Positions 23,856 to 35,529 are shown, counted from the first letter of the stretch. The stretch: 64,000 nt of DNA from an uncultured Gammaproteobacteria bacterium (GCA_902559355.1 CACEHM010000001.1:145829-209828), one strand, 5' to 3'. Notes: generated from the letters alone by a model not told the origin. A program made the numbers and translations.

Positions 23856-23907
23856 TTACTACCCCGTATTCTGCAAAGCTATTCTTTTTTGATATTTTAA
23901 CCAATAC

Positions 23908-23915
23908 ATTATAAT
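23908..23915. promoter_or_regulatory. palindromic ATTATAAT: candidate bidirectional sigma70 -10 element
   Basis: Reads TATAAT on both strands, centred in the 113-bp spacer between the PEPCK-like gene and sat. Confidence 0.4.
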
Positions 23916-23968
23916 ATCTGATTTTCTTAACGTAAATTAATATAAGTATAAATATAGGTAGAATTTTA

Positions 23969-25171
23969 ATGACTAATCTGATAATGCCTCATGGCTCGAA
24001 TGAATTGAATACACTTTATATAGAAGACGAATTAGCCCGTGCATCTATGTTATCTGCAGCCGCAGAAATGAGAACACTAGAAATATCATCAGCTGCTGCT
24101 GCAAATGCAGTTATGCTTGCAGCAGGTTACTTCAACCCGCTCACTGGTTATATGAACAAGGATGATGCTCTAAGAGTATCAAGAGAAATGCTCACCATGG
24201 ATAATCTTTTTTGGCCTGTTCCTATAGTCAATCTCACAACTGATGCAAACTCACTCGATTATACTCATGGAGAAGAAATCGCACTCAAAGATCCTAATAT
24301 AGAAGGAAATCCTGTAATTGCTATTCAGCGTGTTGATAATGTTGAAAAACTTAGTGATGAGGATATAAATATTATAGTTACAAACGTATTTGGTACCAAT
24401 GATGATAATCATCCAGGTGTAAAGACATTTAAAGAACAAGGAAGGTATATAATTTCAGGTTCAATAGAGGTTCTGAATTACAGTTATTTCCCATCCGATT
24501 TTCCAGATACATTTGCAACAGCTCCTCAAATAAGAGAAATGCTTACAAAAGCTGGTTGGTCAAAAACAGTAGCCTTCCAAACAAGGAACCCAATGCACAG
24601 AGCCCACGAAGAATTATGTAAAATGGCACTAGATAGATTAGAAGCTGATGGCGTATTGATACATATGACACTTGGAAAACTAAAGGAGGGTGATATACCT
24701 GGTGATGTTAGAGATTCAGCAATAAGAAAAATGGTTGAAATCTATTTTCCTGAGAATACAGCAATTATATCTGGTTTTGGTTTTGATATGATGTATGCAG
24801 GCCCGAGAGAAGCATTGTTGCATGCTGTATTTAGACAAAATGCTGGCTGTACTCATTTAATTGTTGGAAGAGATCATGCAGGCGTTGGTGATTATTATGA
24901 GCCATTTGGGGCTCAAGATATATTTGATCAAGATGTAGTCAAAAATTCACTTAAGATTGAAATATTTAAGGCTGATCATACTGCTTACTCTAAAAAACTT
25001 AATGAAGTAGTTATGATGAGAGATGCTAAAGATCATACAAAAGATGATTTTGTCTTGCTGTCCGGTACAAAAGTTAGGGAAATGCTTGCTGCAGGACAAG
25101 AATTACCCCCAGAATTTGCAAGAAAAGAGGTAGCAGAGATTCTGATGGCTTATTATCAGAAGATTGGCTAG
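23969..25171 (+). CDS. sat: sulfate adenylyltransferase (ATP sulfurylase)
   Basis: VAFQTRNPMHRAHE, MMYAGPREALLHA, IVGRDHAGVG, LSGTKVREML. Confidence 0.97.
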   Translation: MTNLIMPHGSNELNTLYIEDELARASMLSAAAEMRTLEISSAAAANAVMLAAGYFNPLTGYMNKDDALRVSREMLTMDNLFWPVPIVNLTTDANSLDYTHGEEIALKDPNIEGNPVIAIQRVDNVEKLSDEDINIIVTNVFGTNDDNHPGVKTFKEQGRYIISGSIEVLNYSYFPSDFPDTFATAPQIREMLTKAGWSKTVAFQTRNPMHRAHEELCKMALDRLEADGVLIHMTLGKLKEGDIPGDVRDSAIRKMVEIYFPENTAIISGFGFDMMYAGPREALLHAVFRQNAGCTHLIVGRDHAGVGDYYEPFGAQDIFDQDVVKNSLKIEIFKADHTAYSKKLNEVVMMRDAKDHTKDDFVLLSGTKVREMLAAGQELPPEFARKEVAEILMAYYQKIG

Positions 25172-25175
25172 AAAA

Positions 25176-25192
25176 ACCCTAAAAATTAGGGT
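25176..25192. other. short inverted repeat after sat
   Basis: ACCCTAA-AAA-TTAGGGT; no U-tract on the + strand. Confidence 0.4.
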
Positions 25193-25306
25193 GATGAAAT
25201 AAGTAAAATTAAGTAAATAATTAATTCCTAATATTCTTAATTTTGGCTATAATATTCATCGGGTAGTATCACAAATACTAGATTTTATTAAGAATAGGGA
25301 GAAAAC

Positions 25307-26098
<792 letters not shown>

Positions 26099-26127
26099 TA
26101 ACTATAAGGAAATAAGGAGATAAGATT

Positions 26128-26619
26128 ATGTCAACTTTTGTATATATGACCAGATGTGACGGTTGCGGTATGTGTGTAGATATCTGCCCATCCGACATTA
26201 TGCACATTGATAAAACACTAAGACGTGCTGTTAATATTGAACCAAATATGTGTTGGGAATGTTACTCATGTGTCAAAGCTTGCGATCAAAACGCAATTGA
26301 TGCACGTGGATACGCAGATTTTTCACCATTAGGTCACAGTGTTAGGGCTCTGAGAGAAGAAGAAAAAGGTACCATTTCATGGAAGATTAAATTCAGAAAT
26401 GGAACAGAAAAAAACTTCTGCTCACCTATTACAACTAAACCATGGGGAGAATATATCCCTGAATTAGCAGCTGAACCATCTCCAAGTAAAGACATATATG
26501 ATGGTGAGCTTCTATATAATGAGCCAAAGTATTTAAAAACTGGTGAAATTGCTACAGCGCAAGATGGTTTACCTGAAATGCAAAAAATTGGCAAACTAAA
26601 ACAAGGAGTTTACTACTAA
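26128..26619 (+). CDS. aprB: adenylylsulfate reductase beta subunit (2x[4Fe-4S])
   Basis: CDGCGMCVDICPSD, CWECYSCVKAC, RGYADF. Confidence 0.97.
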   Translation: MSTFVYMTRCDGCGMCVDICPSDIMHIDKTLRRAVNIEPNMCWECYSCVKACDQNAIDARGYADFSPLGHSVRALREEEKGTISWKIKFRNGTEKNFCSPITTKPWGEYIPELAAEPSPSKDIYDGELLYNEPKYLKTGEIATAQDGLPEMQKIGKLKQGVYY

Positions 26620-28472
26620 TGACTAGAAAAACACACTATGAAGATTGTGACGTTCTTGTTGTAGGTGGAGGCATGGCTGGTACTGGCGCGGCTTTCGAAG
26701 CAAGATATTGGGGTAAAGACATGAAAATCATTGTTGCTGAAAAAGCTAACATTGATCGTAGTGGAGCTGTAGCTCAAGGCCTATATGCTATTAACTGTTA
26801 CATGGGCATGCAATGGGGTGAAAATGCTCCTGAAGACCATGTTAGATATGCAAGAAATGACTTAATGGGTATGGTTCGTGAGGACTTAGCTTACGATATG
26901 GCACGTCACGTTGACTCAGCTGTTCATATGTTTGAAGAGTGGGGATTACCACTTATGAGAAACAAAGAAACAGGTCGTTATCAAAGAGAAGGAAAATGGC
27001 AAATTATGATTCACGGTGAGAGTTATAAGCCTATAGTAGCTGAAGCTGCTAAGAAATCTGCAGACAAAATCTATAATAGAGTAATGGTGACTCATTTACT
27101 AATGGATGAAGCTAAAGAAAATAGAATTGGCGGAGCATGTGGTTTTAATATGCGTACTGGCGAATTTCATGTATTCAGAGCTAAAGCTGTAGTATGTGCT
27201 GCAGGCGGAGCATCTCATATTTTTAAACCAAGATCTGTTGGTGAAGGTATGGGTCGTACATGGTACGCACCATGGAGTAACGGTTCAGCTTATGCTTTAC
27301 CTATAGCTGTTGGCGCTAAGATGACACAAATGGAAAATAGAATTGTGTTGACTCGATTCAAAGATGGTTATGGACCAGTAGGCGCTTACTTTCTTCATTT
27401 AAAAACCTATACGCAAAATGCTGCTGGTGAAAACTATGAGAAGAAATGGTATGACAACACAAAAGCGATTGTTGGCGATTATCTTGATCATGTTCCAACA
27501 CCAACATGTCTAAGAAACCATGCATTTATACAAGAAACAATTGCTGGTGGTGGACCGATACATATGGTGACAATGGAAGCATTCCAAGATCCTCATCTTG
27601 AGGAAATTGGTTGGGAAAATTTCTTGGGAATGACTGTTGGTCAAGCCGTAGTTTGGGCAGCTCAAGACATTGATCCAAAATATCAAAATCCAGAATTAAC
27701 AACATCAGAACCTTATGTTATGGGTTCTCATGCTACATGTTCAGGAGCTTGGTGTAGTGGTCCTGAAGATTTATCTCCTCCAGAATATTTCTGGGGTTAT
27801 AACCGAATGATGACCGTAGATGGGCTATTCGCAGCAGGTGATGCCGCGGGTGGAACAGCTCATGCTTTCTCATCAGGTTCATTCACAGAGGGTAGATTGT
27901 GTGCCAAAGCGGCGGTCAAATACATACAAGACCAAAAAGCTGTTGGTATCAGAGTTTCAGATAGTCAAATTGAAAAATATAAAGAGGAAGTATATCAACC
28001 TCTTGAAAACTACACAGTTGGTAATAATGCGATTACTGGCGGTACAGTATCACCTGATTATCTTCTTCCAATACAAGGCCTTCAACGTCTTCAAAAAATA
28101 ATGGATGATTATGCTGGCGGCATCGGAACTAACTATATGACTAACGGGAACATGCTTAAACGAGGACTTCAGTTATTAGATACACTTACTGAAGATCTTG
28201 AAAAAATAGGCGCTGAAGACTATCACCAGTTAATGAGAGCATGGGAATTAAAACATAGAACATTAGTATCACAATGTGTTTGTGAGCATACACTGTTCCG
28301 TGAAGAAACTCGTTGGCCTGGATATTATTATCGTGGCGACTTCCTAAAACTGGATGACGATAATTGGCACTGCCTAACAGTCTCAAGAAGAGATCCGAAA
28401 ACAGGAAAATTCACATGTGAAAAAGCACCTCTTTACCACATCGTGGACGAAGAGAAAGAAAAAGTTTCTTGA
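26619..28472 (+). CDS. aprA: adenylylsulfate reductase alpha subunit
   Basis: GGGMAG, RSGAVAQGLYAINCY, GKWQIMIHGESYK, EPYVMGSH, REETRWPGYYYR. Confidence 0.98.
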   Translation: MTRKTHYEDCDVLVVGGGMAGTGAAFEARYWGKDMKIIVAEKANIDRSGAVAQGLYAINCYMGMQWGENAPEDHVRYARNDLMGMVREDLAYDMARHVDSAVHMFEEWGLPLMRNKETGRYQREGKWQIMIHGESYKPIVAEAAKKSADKIYNRVMVTHLLMDEAKENRIGGACGFNMRTGEFHVFRAKAVVCAAGGASHIFKPRSVGEGMGRTWYAPWSNGSAYALPIAVGAKMTQMENRIVLTRFKDGYGPVGAYFLHLKTYTQNAAGENYEKKWYDNTKAIVGDYLDHVPTPTCLRNHAFIQETIAGGGPIHMVTMEAFQDPHLEEIGWENFLGMTVGQAVVWAAQDIDPKYQNPELTTSEPYVMGSHATCSGAWCSGPEDLSPPEYFWGYNRMMTVDGLFAAGDAAGGTAHAFSSGSFTEGRLCAKAAVKYIQDQKAVGIRVSDSQIEKYKEEVYQPLENYTVGNNAITGGTVSPDYLLPIQGLQRLQKIMDDYAGGIGTNYMTNGNMLKRGLQLLDTLTEDLEKIGAEDYHQLMRAWELKHRTLVSQCVCEHTLFREETRWPGYYYRGDFLKLDDDNWHCLTVSRRDPKTGKFTCEKAPLYHIVDEEKEKVS

Positions 28473-28480
28473 GGTAGATA

Positions 28481-28834
28481 ATGGCTAAGCTATTAGAGCT
28501 ATCAGATCAAGAAATTATCGATATTGCAAACCCGTTGTGGGAAGACTTGATTAGGACTTCTAACAATAAAGACTACGGCGGGTTTACAAAAAACTTTTCA
28601 AAAAAAATGCTTATGGGAGCAGATGAAGTTACTCTCGGCAAGCAATGGGCTAATAGCCCCATCTTAGCAAAGCTAGCACCTGAATATAGCGCATTAGGTT
28701 GTTTAAAAAGAGATGAGTATGTAACAGTCCTATTCAAACAAGTCAGCGAATCTGTTCCAGGTGAGTACTTGGGTAGACTAGTATTGGGCATGCAAGATGA
28801 GGATGTAAAAATATATGGCTGTACTATTTTCTAA
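28481..28834 (+). CDS. hypothetical protein (117 aa)
   Basis: RBS GAGGT, starts 8 nt after aprA; alpha+beta pattern, no recognised motif. Confidence 0.75.
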   Translation: MAKLLELSDQEIIDIANPLWEDLIRTSNNKDYGGFTKNFSKKMLMGADEVTLGKQWANSPILAKLAPEYSALGCLKRDEYVTVLFKQVSESVPGEYLGRLVLGMQDEDVKIYGCTIF

Positions 28835-28840
28835 TATCTG

Positions 28841-29359
28841 ATGTCAGATATTATGAAAATTACGGTAATTTCAGATACTCATGGAATTATCGATGAGAAT
28901 ATAGTTCCTCATTTAAAAAATTCAGATATGATCATTCATGCTGGCGATATTATGAATACAAATATACTCAAACAGCTTGAATCCTATTCAGATAATGTTG
29001 TTGCAGTTGCTGGAAATAATGATCTCCCTGAAAGATTCTCGGATCCAGAGGATAAAGAAATTATCTCAAAACTTAGTAAAGTAGAACAATTTAATGTAGG
29101 TGACGATATTGTAACTGTAGAACACGGTGATCGGTTTGGTCATCATCCATCACATGATGATTTAAGATTTGCTTATCCCGAATCAAAATTAATAATATAT
29201 GGTCATACACATAATCAAGTTTGTGATAAAACATCTAATCCATGGATAGTAAATCCAGGTGCAGCAGGGCATACTAGAAATAACGATGGAGGCCCGTGTT
29301 ATATGCAGATAATAATTGAAAATAATAATTGGGATATTCAACCATTTTGTATTAAATAA
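28841..29359 (+). CDS. metallophosphoesterase (YfcE/MJ0936 family)
   Basis: ISDTHG, IHAGD, GNND, EHG, GHTH, NPG. Confidence 0.92.
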   Translation: MSDIMKITVISDTHGIIDENIVPHLKNSDMIIHAGDIMNTNILKQLESYSDNVVAVAGNNDLPERFSDPEDKEIISKLSKVEQFNVGDDIVTVEHGDRFGHHPSHDDLRFAYPESKLIIYGHTHNQVCDKTSNPWIVNPGAAGHTRNNDGGPCYMQIIIENNNWDIQPFCIK

Positions 29360-30288
29360 TGCAGGGAAATATACTTACTATTTTTGGTGGGTCAGGTTTT
29401 ATAGCATCTGAAATAGTATATAAATTATCTAAATCTTTTAAAGAGATTCGATTACTTACTCGTAACACCCAGGCTTGTAATCACCTTAAGGTAATAAAAA
29501 ATATACAAATTCACTTGTATGAACCATCAAATGTATCGTCATATTCAATGCATGTTAATGAATCAGATATTGTTATAAATACAGTGGGTATTCTTAACGA
29601 ATCCAGAAAGCAATCTTTTCACGACATACATTTTGATTTTGTTAGAAAAATTATAAATAAATCTAAAGAATCTTCAGTAAAAAAATTTATTCAACTGAGT
29701 GCACTTAATGCAGATGAAAGTGGATTGAGTAAATATTTGCAATCAAAAGGTAAGGCTGACAAATATATATCGAGCATGTCGTCGACATCTTTCAAAACTA
29801 TAATTTTTAGGCCATCTATAGTATTTGGTGAAAAAGATAGTTTCTTTAATAGATTTAAAAGTCTATTAAAACTATTACCTGTTTTTCCTTTAGCATGTCC
29901 TAATTCTATGTTTTCACCTATTTATGTTAAAGATTTGACAGAATTTATTAAAGAAGCATCTCTAACCGATAAATACGACAATACGATACAAAACATTACT
30001 GGCCCTAAAGACTATAAGTTTATTGAATTGATAAATTTTATCTTATCTACTATGAAAATTAAAAGATTAATTATTCCATTAAATTATAGCTTGTCAAAAC
30101 TACAAGCTTTTGCTTTCACGTATCTTCCAGGAAATATTTTTACATTAGACAACTTTAAATCTTTACAAGTAGATAACATATCAACAGGGGGGCTAAAAGG
30201 CACTTCTTCAATTGAGGAATTTGTGCCTCCATACTTAAACAATAAGGAAACTAAGCTTGATACATATAGAAAAGACTCAGGAAGATGA
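29359..30288 (+). CDS. NAD(P)-binding SDR, complex I NDUFA9-like family
   Basis: [34 protein letters not shown]. Confidence 0.88.
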   Translation: MQGNILTIFGGSGFIASEIVYKLSKSFKEIRLLTRNTQACNHLKVIKNIQIHLYEPSNVSSYSMHVNESDIVINTVGILNESRKQSFHDIHFDFVRKIINKSKESSVKKFIQLSALNADESGLSKYLQSKGKADKYISSMSSTSFKTIIFRPSIVFGEKDSFFNRFKSLLKLLPVFPLACPNSMFSPIYVKDLTEFIKEASLTDKYDNTIQNITGPKDYKFIELINFILSTMKIKRLIIPLNYSLSKLQAFAFTYLPGNIFTLDNFKSLQVDNISTGGLKGTSSIEEFVPPYLNNKETKLDTYRKDSGR

Positions 30289-31340
30289 TGAAGATTTATC
30301 TAGTAGGTGGTGCCGTTAGAGATCAACTCCTTGGAAAAGAGCCAAAAGAGAAAGACTGGGTTGTTGTAGGGTCATCGCCCGATGAAATGATTGCCAAAGG
30401 ATTCAAACAAGTCGGTAAGGACTTTCCAGTATTTATTCACCCTAAATCAGGAGAAGAGTATGCTCTTGCACGAACAGAGAGAAAATCAGGTCATGGGTAT
30501 ACTGGATTTAACTTTGATACCAATAGCAATGTTTCATTAGAAGAAGACTTAGAAAGAAGAGATTTAACAATCAATGCCATTGCACAAGATGATTCTGGTA
30601 ATTTAATCGATCCATTCGGTGGGCAGAAAGATATTCTAGAAAAAAAACTTAGGCATGTATCTGACGCCTTTTCTGAAGATCCTTTAAGAGTATTAAGAAT
30701 AGCTCGTTTTAAATCTGACTTAGATAATTTTGAAATCACGAAGGAAACTCTTATTAAAATAAATGATATAAAAGAAAGTGGAGAATTAAACTATTTAACT
30801 GGTGAGAGAATTTGGCTTGAACTTTATAAGGTGTCAGATCCATTCCAATTTTTGATGAATATAGAAAAGTTAGATGTAGACAATATTTTCCCAGGTTTCA
30901 TAAAAGGTACAAGCTGTATCAACAAGAATCAAAATAAGTTAAATAATCTTTCATATTTTATTCATACAGCGATAAAGGATATTGATGTTTTTTGTAAAAA
31001 ACTTAAGGTACCTAATGAATATCGAGATTTAGCACTTTTACTAAATAATTGTAAAGATAGAGTAAAAGGATATAGCCCTAGGTACAATAATGCAGATGAA
31101 TTGATTGCTATAATTAAAAAACTTGATATCAGGAAAACTGATAGATTAAATAATTTCTTTGAAATTATCTCTGACGAATACGATTTCGTAGAATTTTTTA
31201 AAGGACTCATAAACAAAATTCGATTATATAAGTTAGATAGTTCTGACATGGAAAAACCTGGAAAAGAAATTCAAAAGCTTATCCAAAACGCTCATCTAGA
31301 TATTTCAAATAAGCACATATCTGAGTATTTAGATAATTAA
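30285..31340 (+). CDS. cca: CCA tRNA nucleotidyltransferase (apparently without HD domain)
   Basis: [11 protein letters not shown]...[34 protein letters not shown]. Confidence 0.92.
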   Translation: MMKIYLVGGAVRDQLLGKEPKEKDWVVVGSSPDEMIAKGFKQVGKDFPVFIHPKSGEEYALARTERKSGHGYTGFNFDTNSNVSLEEDLERRDLTINAIAQDDSGNLIDPFGGQKDILEKKLRHVSDAFSEDPLRVLRIARFKSDLDNFEITKETLIKINDIKESGELNYLTGERIWLELYKVSDPFQFLMNIEKLDVDNIFPGFIKGTSCINKNQNKLNNLSYFIHTAIKDIDVFCKKLKVPNEYRDLALLLNNCKDRVKGYSPRYNNADELIAIIKKLDIRKTDRLNNFFEIISDEYDFVEFFKGLINKIRLYKLDSSDMEKPGKEIQKLIQNAHLDISNKHISEYLDN

Positions 31341-32093
31341 AAGCAAAGTGCCTAACATCATTCTATAGATAATATAAGGCGCAAAACTTATTTTGTTTAT
31401 CGTTGCAATAAAAAAGTAAATTGTGAGGTATGAAACTATTAGCGAGAGGACCATGCCTAGTAAATGATCACTTAATATAGATACACTCCCCATTGAAGAT
31501 AAGTGCAATAAGTTATAGGAGCTTGCCATAAAAATTGCTGGAATTGATAATAGGAATGCAATTTTTATTGCATCATTTCTATTATAATTTAGTAACAATG
31601 CTGCAGTAATTACAATTCCAGATCTTGATACCCCTGGGACGAGTGCCAATATTTGAAATAGTCCGATAATTAAAATAATTTTGGTTGAAATATTAGTGAT
31701 CAGCTTAGAGGGTTTATTATGGTTATCAGCATATAAAAGTAATAAAGCAAAAGTTATTGTCATTACAGAAATTACTTCAATACTTCTTAGGTTTAGCGAA
31801 ATTAGATCAATTAAAAGTAACCCAGCAATAGGAAGAGGTATAGAGCCTATAATAATTAAACGAGCATAACTCTTACCATTATCAGTAAATTGGAAGATAT
31901 TTTTAATTTCATTTCTATAATAAATTAATATCGCAAAGAGTGAGCCTGTATGTAGGGCAACATCAAACATAATTCCCTGATCTGGAAATTCAGTAAACAT
32001 AGGAAGCAAGATTAAGTGTGAACTGCTAGAAATAGGCAGGAATTCAGTTACTCCTTGAATTATAGATAAAATTATAATATTTAAGATGTCCAT
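31329..32093 (-). CDS. uppP: undecaprenyl-diphosphate phosphatase
   Basis: [29 protein letters not shown]. Confidence 0.95.
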   Translation of the reverse strand: MDILNIIILSIIQGVTEFLPISSSSHLILLPMFTEFPDQGIMFDVALHTGSLFAILIYYRNEIKNIFQFTDNGKSYARLIIIGSIPLPIAGLLLIDLISLNLRSIEVISVMTITFALLLLYADNHNKPSKLITNISTKIILIIGLFQILALVPGVSRSGIVITAALLLNYNRNDAIKIAFLLSIPAIFMASSYNLLHLSSMGSVSILSDHLLGMVLSLIVSYLTIYFFIATINKISFAPYIIYRMMLGTLLLII

Positions 32094-33166
32094 TATAATT
32101 TTATTATGTCATTTTTCATGAAGTAATTTTTATCTGTTTCATTGATATTTTTCTTTATAATAAGAACTTTAAACAGTTCACCCATATGATTAGGCATGAT
32201 CAATTTTTTAACAGCATTTAATTCATCAATATCATTTACATTAATGTCATTTAGGATATTAAAATTAATCAAGTAGTTAGCTTGATTCATAAAAGCTACT
32301 ATTTCCCAATTATTTTTGCTAAAGATATTTTTCAGGTAAGTAAAGTTTACAAAAGCACTGACATCTTTCGTTCCAACGTCTGATAGAGGGTTAAAATCTG
32401 TTACATGATTTTTAATACATGTGATTGTTCCTAATGATCTATCTTTTAAGTAAAGTTCTGATGATGTGTAGCCATAGTCAAATATTAAAAAACATGCTCT
32501 GTGTAGAACTCCTGAAATTTCATTAATAATATCCCTCTGTGCGTAGCTATATTCAAATATATAGTTATTTGGAAGATTTTTTGGTAAACCTAAATCTTTA
32601 AAAGCTGGATCATACTTAAAATTAAGTTTTTTCCAATCTAATTTATAATCATCATTAATATAAGCTTTCTGATAACCTCCAGGAACATGCATTATAATAT
32701 CAGTTGGTATGCAATCAAATAATTCATTTGAGATAATAAATGCCTCATTTGGTAAATCTTTAAGATCTGATACCCAGGAAATATCTACCAATTTACTAAT
32801 AGACTTTTCACTTATAATGGATTTCTGTTTTTTTATTAAATAATCAGATTTCTCAAAGAAAATATATTTATTAGGCAATTCTTTTTTATCTTTTAGGTAG
32901 AATAGTAAGTCACAAGCTAAACTTGCATCGCCCCCACCTAATTCGACAATGGTATCAAAAGTTGATTCTTTTATATAATGCTTAGCTATACAGTGAGAAA
33001 AATGTTTTGATACTAAAGGAGATGTAATAAAGTGTCCTTTTTCCCCTAATATTTCATGGTTCTCATATAAACCATATTCTTTATCAAATAATACAAATTC
33101 CATATAATCAGAAAAACTGATTTCTTTTTTCCTTTTAAGTAAGATTTCAAGTTTCGACTGAGACAT
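32093..33166 (-). CDS. SAM-dependent methyltransferase, MidA/NDUFAF7 family
   Basis: ISFSDYM, GHFITSP, ELGGG, SNELFD, FDYG, DVSAFVNF, MGELFKVL. Confidence 0.88.
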   Translation of the reverse strand: MSQSKLEILLKRKKEISFSDYMEFVLFDKEYGLYENHEILGEKGHFITSPLVSKHFSHCIAKHYIKESTFDTIVELGGGDASLACDLLFYLKDKKELPNKYIFFEKSDYLIKKQKSIISEKSISKLVDISWVSDLKDLPNEAFIISNELFDCIPTDIIMHVPGGYQKAYINDDYKLDWKKLNFKYDPAFKDLGLPKNLPNNYIFEYSYAQRDIINEISGVLHRACFLIFDYGYTSSELYLKDRSLGTITCIKNHVTDFNPLSDVGTKDVSAFVNFTYLKNIFSKNNWEIVAFMNQANYLINFNILNDINVNDIDELNAVKKLIMPNHMGELFKVLIIKKNINETDKNYFMKNDIIKL

Positions 33167-33241
33167 TTTTTTATGGATAGCGTGAAATATTATTTTATAG
33201 TAGAAGTATAAATTATTTTTAGATTGTGTAATTATATATTA

Positions 33242-33973
33242 ATGAATAAAGTTGCATTAATAACTGGAGGAGCAAGGAGAATAGGTGCGGAAACAGCTAA
33301 TTATTTGCATTCAAAAGGAATTAATATTGTAATTACTTATAGTAAATCATCTGTAGCTGCAAATGCTCTTAAAAAAGAGCTTAACCTTAAAAGAAAAGGG
33401 TCTTGTCATATTTATAAAGCTAAATTTAATTCAAATATTAACTATAAAAAAATTACTACAGATATCATTAGACTTTTTGGCAGACTAGATTACCTCATAA
33501 ATAATGCTTCTAAGTTCTACCCAACTAAAATAAATGAAGTAACAGATAAAGCATGGTCGGATACAATTGATACAAACATCAGGACTCCATTGTTTTTATC
33601 TAAGTATTTTTATAATGAACTTAAAAAAAGGCGAGGAGTAATAATCAACATTATTGATATACATGTGGAGCCACCATTAAAAGATCATATTATATACAAT
33701 GTAAGTAAAGCAGGTCTTTTGGCACTAACAAGGACTCTTGCAAAAGATTTAGCCCCTCAAATACGAGTTAATGGAGTGTCTCCAGGGGCTATCATGTGGC
33801 CAGAAAATGAATCCAGTAATAAGAAGAAGCTCGATATCTTAAGCAAAATACCAATGAAATCAGTTGGTGAACCTGCTGATATAGCAAAGACCATATATTT
33901 TCTTCTTGAGCAGAGTCCTTATATCACCGGGCAAAATATTAATGTGGATGGTGGTAGACGTTTGAATATGTAA
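33242..33973 (+). CDS. pteridine reductase / FolM-like SDR; probable start ATG at 33242
   Basis: ITGGARRIG, LINNAS, IDIH, YNVSK, RVNGVSPG, VDGG. Confidence 0.88.
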   Translation: MNKVALITGGARRIGAETANYLHSKGINIVITYSKSSVAANALKKELNLKRKGSCHIYKAKFNSNINYKKITTDIIRLFGRLDYLINNASKFYPTKINEVTDKAWSDTIDTNIRTPLFLSKYFYNELKKRRGVIINIIDIHVEPPLKDHIIYNVSKAGLLALTRTLAKDLAPQIRVNGVSPGAIMWPENESSNKKKLDILSKIPMKSVGEPADIAKTIYFLLEQSPYITGQNINVDGGRRLNM

Positions 33974-33975
33974 TA

Positions 33976-34398
33976 TTATGATATTAATGAAATCAAAAAA
34001 AGACTAATTGTTAACCCGCTAGTGACCGGAATCCTAAGTGTGATAAAATACCTCATTGGAAATATATCCTTCAAAGATAAAATTAAATCAAAAAATAGTT
34101 GGGTGACCAAAAATGCTATCACTACCATTAATAAGATTATTTTACTGATTCCTAAAAGACTTAATGTAAGAATTACCATTGATATTAAACTAGGCATAAA
34201 TCCATAGAATTCAAGCCATGGACGGTCTATTACAAAGTTCCAATTATATGCACCAATAAATGTAAATATAATACAACTCATCAACAAGGACAGATCCCAT
34301 ATAAAGTTAACATCTAATATTTCAAGGTAGTATCCATCAATAATAAGACATAGAAATGGTAAAAGACCAAGATATGACACAAGGTATTTAACATTCAT
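33976..34398 (-). CDS. membrane protein (DUF3429-like)
   Basis: LGLLPF, FIGAYNW, LR near the C-terminus; multi-TM. Confidence 0.65.
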   Translation of the reverse strand: MNVKYLVSYLGLLPFLCLIIDGYYLEILDVNFIWDLSLLMSCIIFTFIGAYNWNFVIDRPWLEFYGFMPSLISMVILTLSLLGISKIILLMVVIAFLVTQLFFDLILSLKDIFPMRYFITLRIPVTSGLTISLFLISLIS

Positions 34399-34894
34399 AA
34401 TTGATATTAATTTGATTAATAATCATTTTTTCGTAAGTTGTATTATTAATCATGGTGTGATGAGTCTTTTGGGTAATTGGATGTATATGCGCAGGACATA
34501 AGTCGTAAAGTGGGCGTAAAACAAAATCAAATTTAACAATTTCTGACCTTGGTATGTTTTTATCAATATCAACTAGATTGTCGTAATACAATATATCTAT
34601 ATCTAATGTCCTTGAACTGAATTTTACTTCTCCTAAAGATCTCCCATTTTCTCTTTCAATAGCATTAAGTATTTTTTTTAATTTAATAACATCATATTCA
34701 GTCTTAAATACTGCAACCAAATTATAAAAATTTGGCCCATCAAATCCCATTGATGAAGATTCATATGTAGGGGAAAGTTCTAAATTCGTAAATTCATTAT
34801 TTAACGCTTTTATGCAAGCTCTTATATGTATTCCCTGATTGATATTACTTCCAATACCAACGTAGACTTTATGATTTTTTTCTATAGCGCTCAA
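34388..34894 (-). CDS. folK: 2-amino-4-hydroxy-6-hydroxymethyldihydropteridine diphosphokinase
   Basis: GIGSNI, FYNLV, SRTLDIDIL, FVLRPL. Confidence 0.95.
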   Translation of the reverse strand: MSAIEKNHKVYVGIGSNINQGIHIRACIKALNNEFTNLELSPTYESSSMGFDGPNFYNLVAVFKTEYDVIKLKKILNAIERENGRSLGEVKFSSRTLDIDILYYDNLVDIDKNIPRSEIVKFDFVLRPLYDLCPAHIHPITQKTHHTMINNTTYEKMIINQININYEC

Positions 34895-35228
34895 TTATAA
34901 CTCCAACTTCTTTAGAGCCAGTAACAGCTCCTGGTTTACTAAACCTTCCTTTTATATAAGTTACATTAAAGTTTTTAAATATAAGCTTTACAGATTCTTC
35001 CGCTAAAGCTTCTATTAGTTGAAATTTACTATCTCCTATAAATGACTTTAACTCCTTGGAGACTGCCTTATAGTCTACAGTATCATTTATTACATCACTA
35101 TTTGATGCATCAATAATATCTGTACCTAATTCTAGGTCTATGCATACAAATTGCTTAATTTTACGTTCCCAGTCATATATCCCTATGACAGTCTCAATAC
35201 AAAGTTCTTTAATAAACACAATATCCAT
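34869..35228 (-). CDS. folB: dihydroneopterin aldolase
   Basis: IGIYDWER, TVDY, LIEALAE, KPGA, VGVIIER. Confidence 0.96.
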   Translation of the reverse strand: MDIVFIKELCIETVIGIYDWERKIKQFVCIDLELGTDIIDASNSDVINDTVDYKAVSKELKSFIGDSKFQLIEALAEESVKLIFKNFNVTYIKGRFSKPGAVTGSKEVGVIIERYRKKS

Positions 35229-35304
35229 ATTTTCTCTCTCATTTATATAATAAACAGTATTGTATCTGATTAGGTTTCTGATATCATTACTGAGTTACAA
35301 AATC

Positions 35305-35529
35305 ATGTCTAAAATTTGCGATATAACAAAAAAGAGAGTAATGGTAGGGAACAATGTTTCCCATGCAAAGAACCGTACAAGGCGCACATTTGAGCCAAAT
35401 TTACACTCTCATAGACTGTGGTCAGAAAAACAAAATAAATTCATTAAACTTACTCTATCAAACAAGGGACTAAGAATAGTCAATAAGCTTGGATTAGATT
35501 CTGCTTTAGTAAAATACGGACTTAAGTAA
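35305..35529 (+). CDS. rpmB: 50S ribosomal protein L28; start ATG at 35305
   Basis: [27 protein letters not shown]. Confidence 0.97.
   Translation: MSKICDITKKRVMVGNNVSHAKNRTRRTFEPNLHSHRLWSEKQNKFIKLTLSNKGLRIVNKLGLDSALVKYGLK

Noticed and set aside
29359..33166. NDUFA9-like and NDUFAF7-like genes near apr as a novel respiratory module
   Set aside because: These genes commonly flank cca and pteridine reductase in Beta/Gammaproteobacteria regardless of sulfur metabolism.
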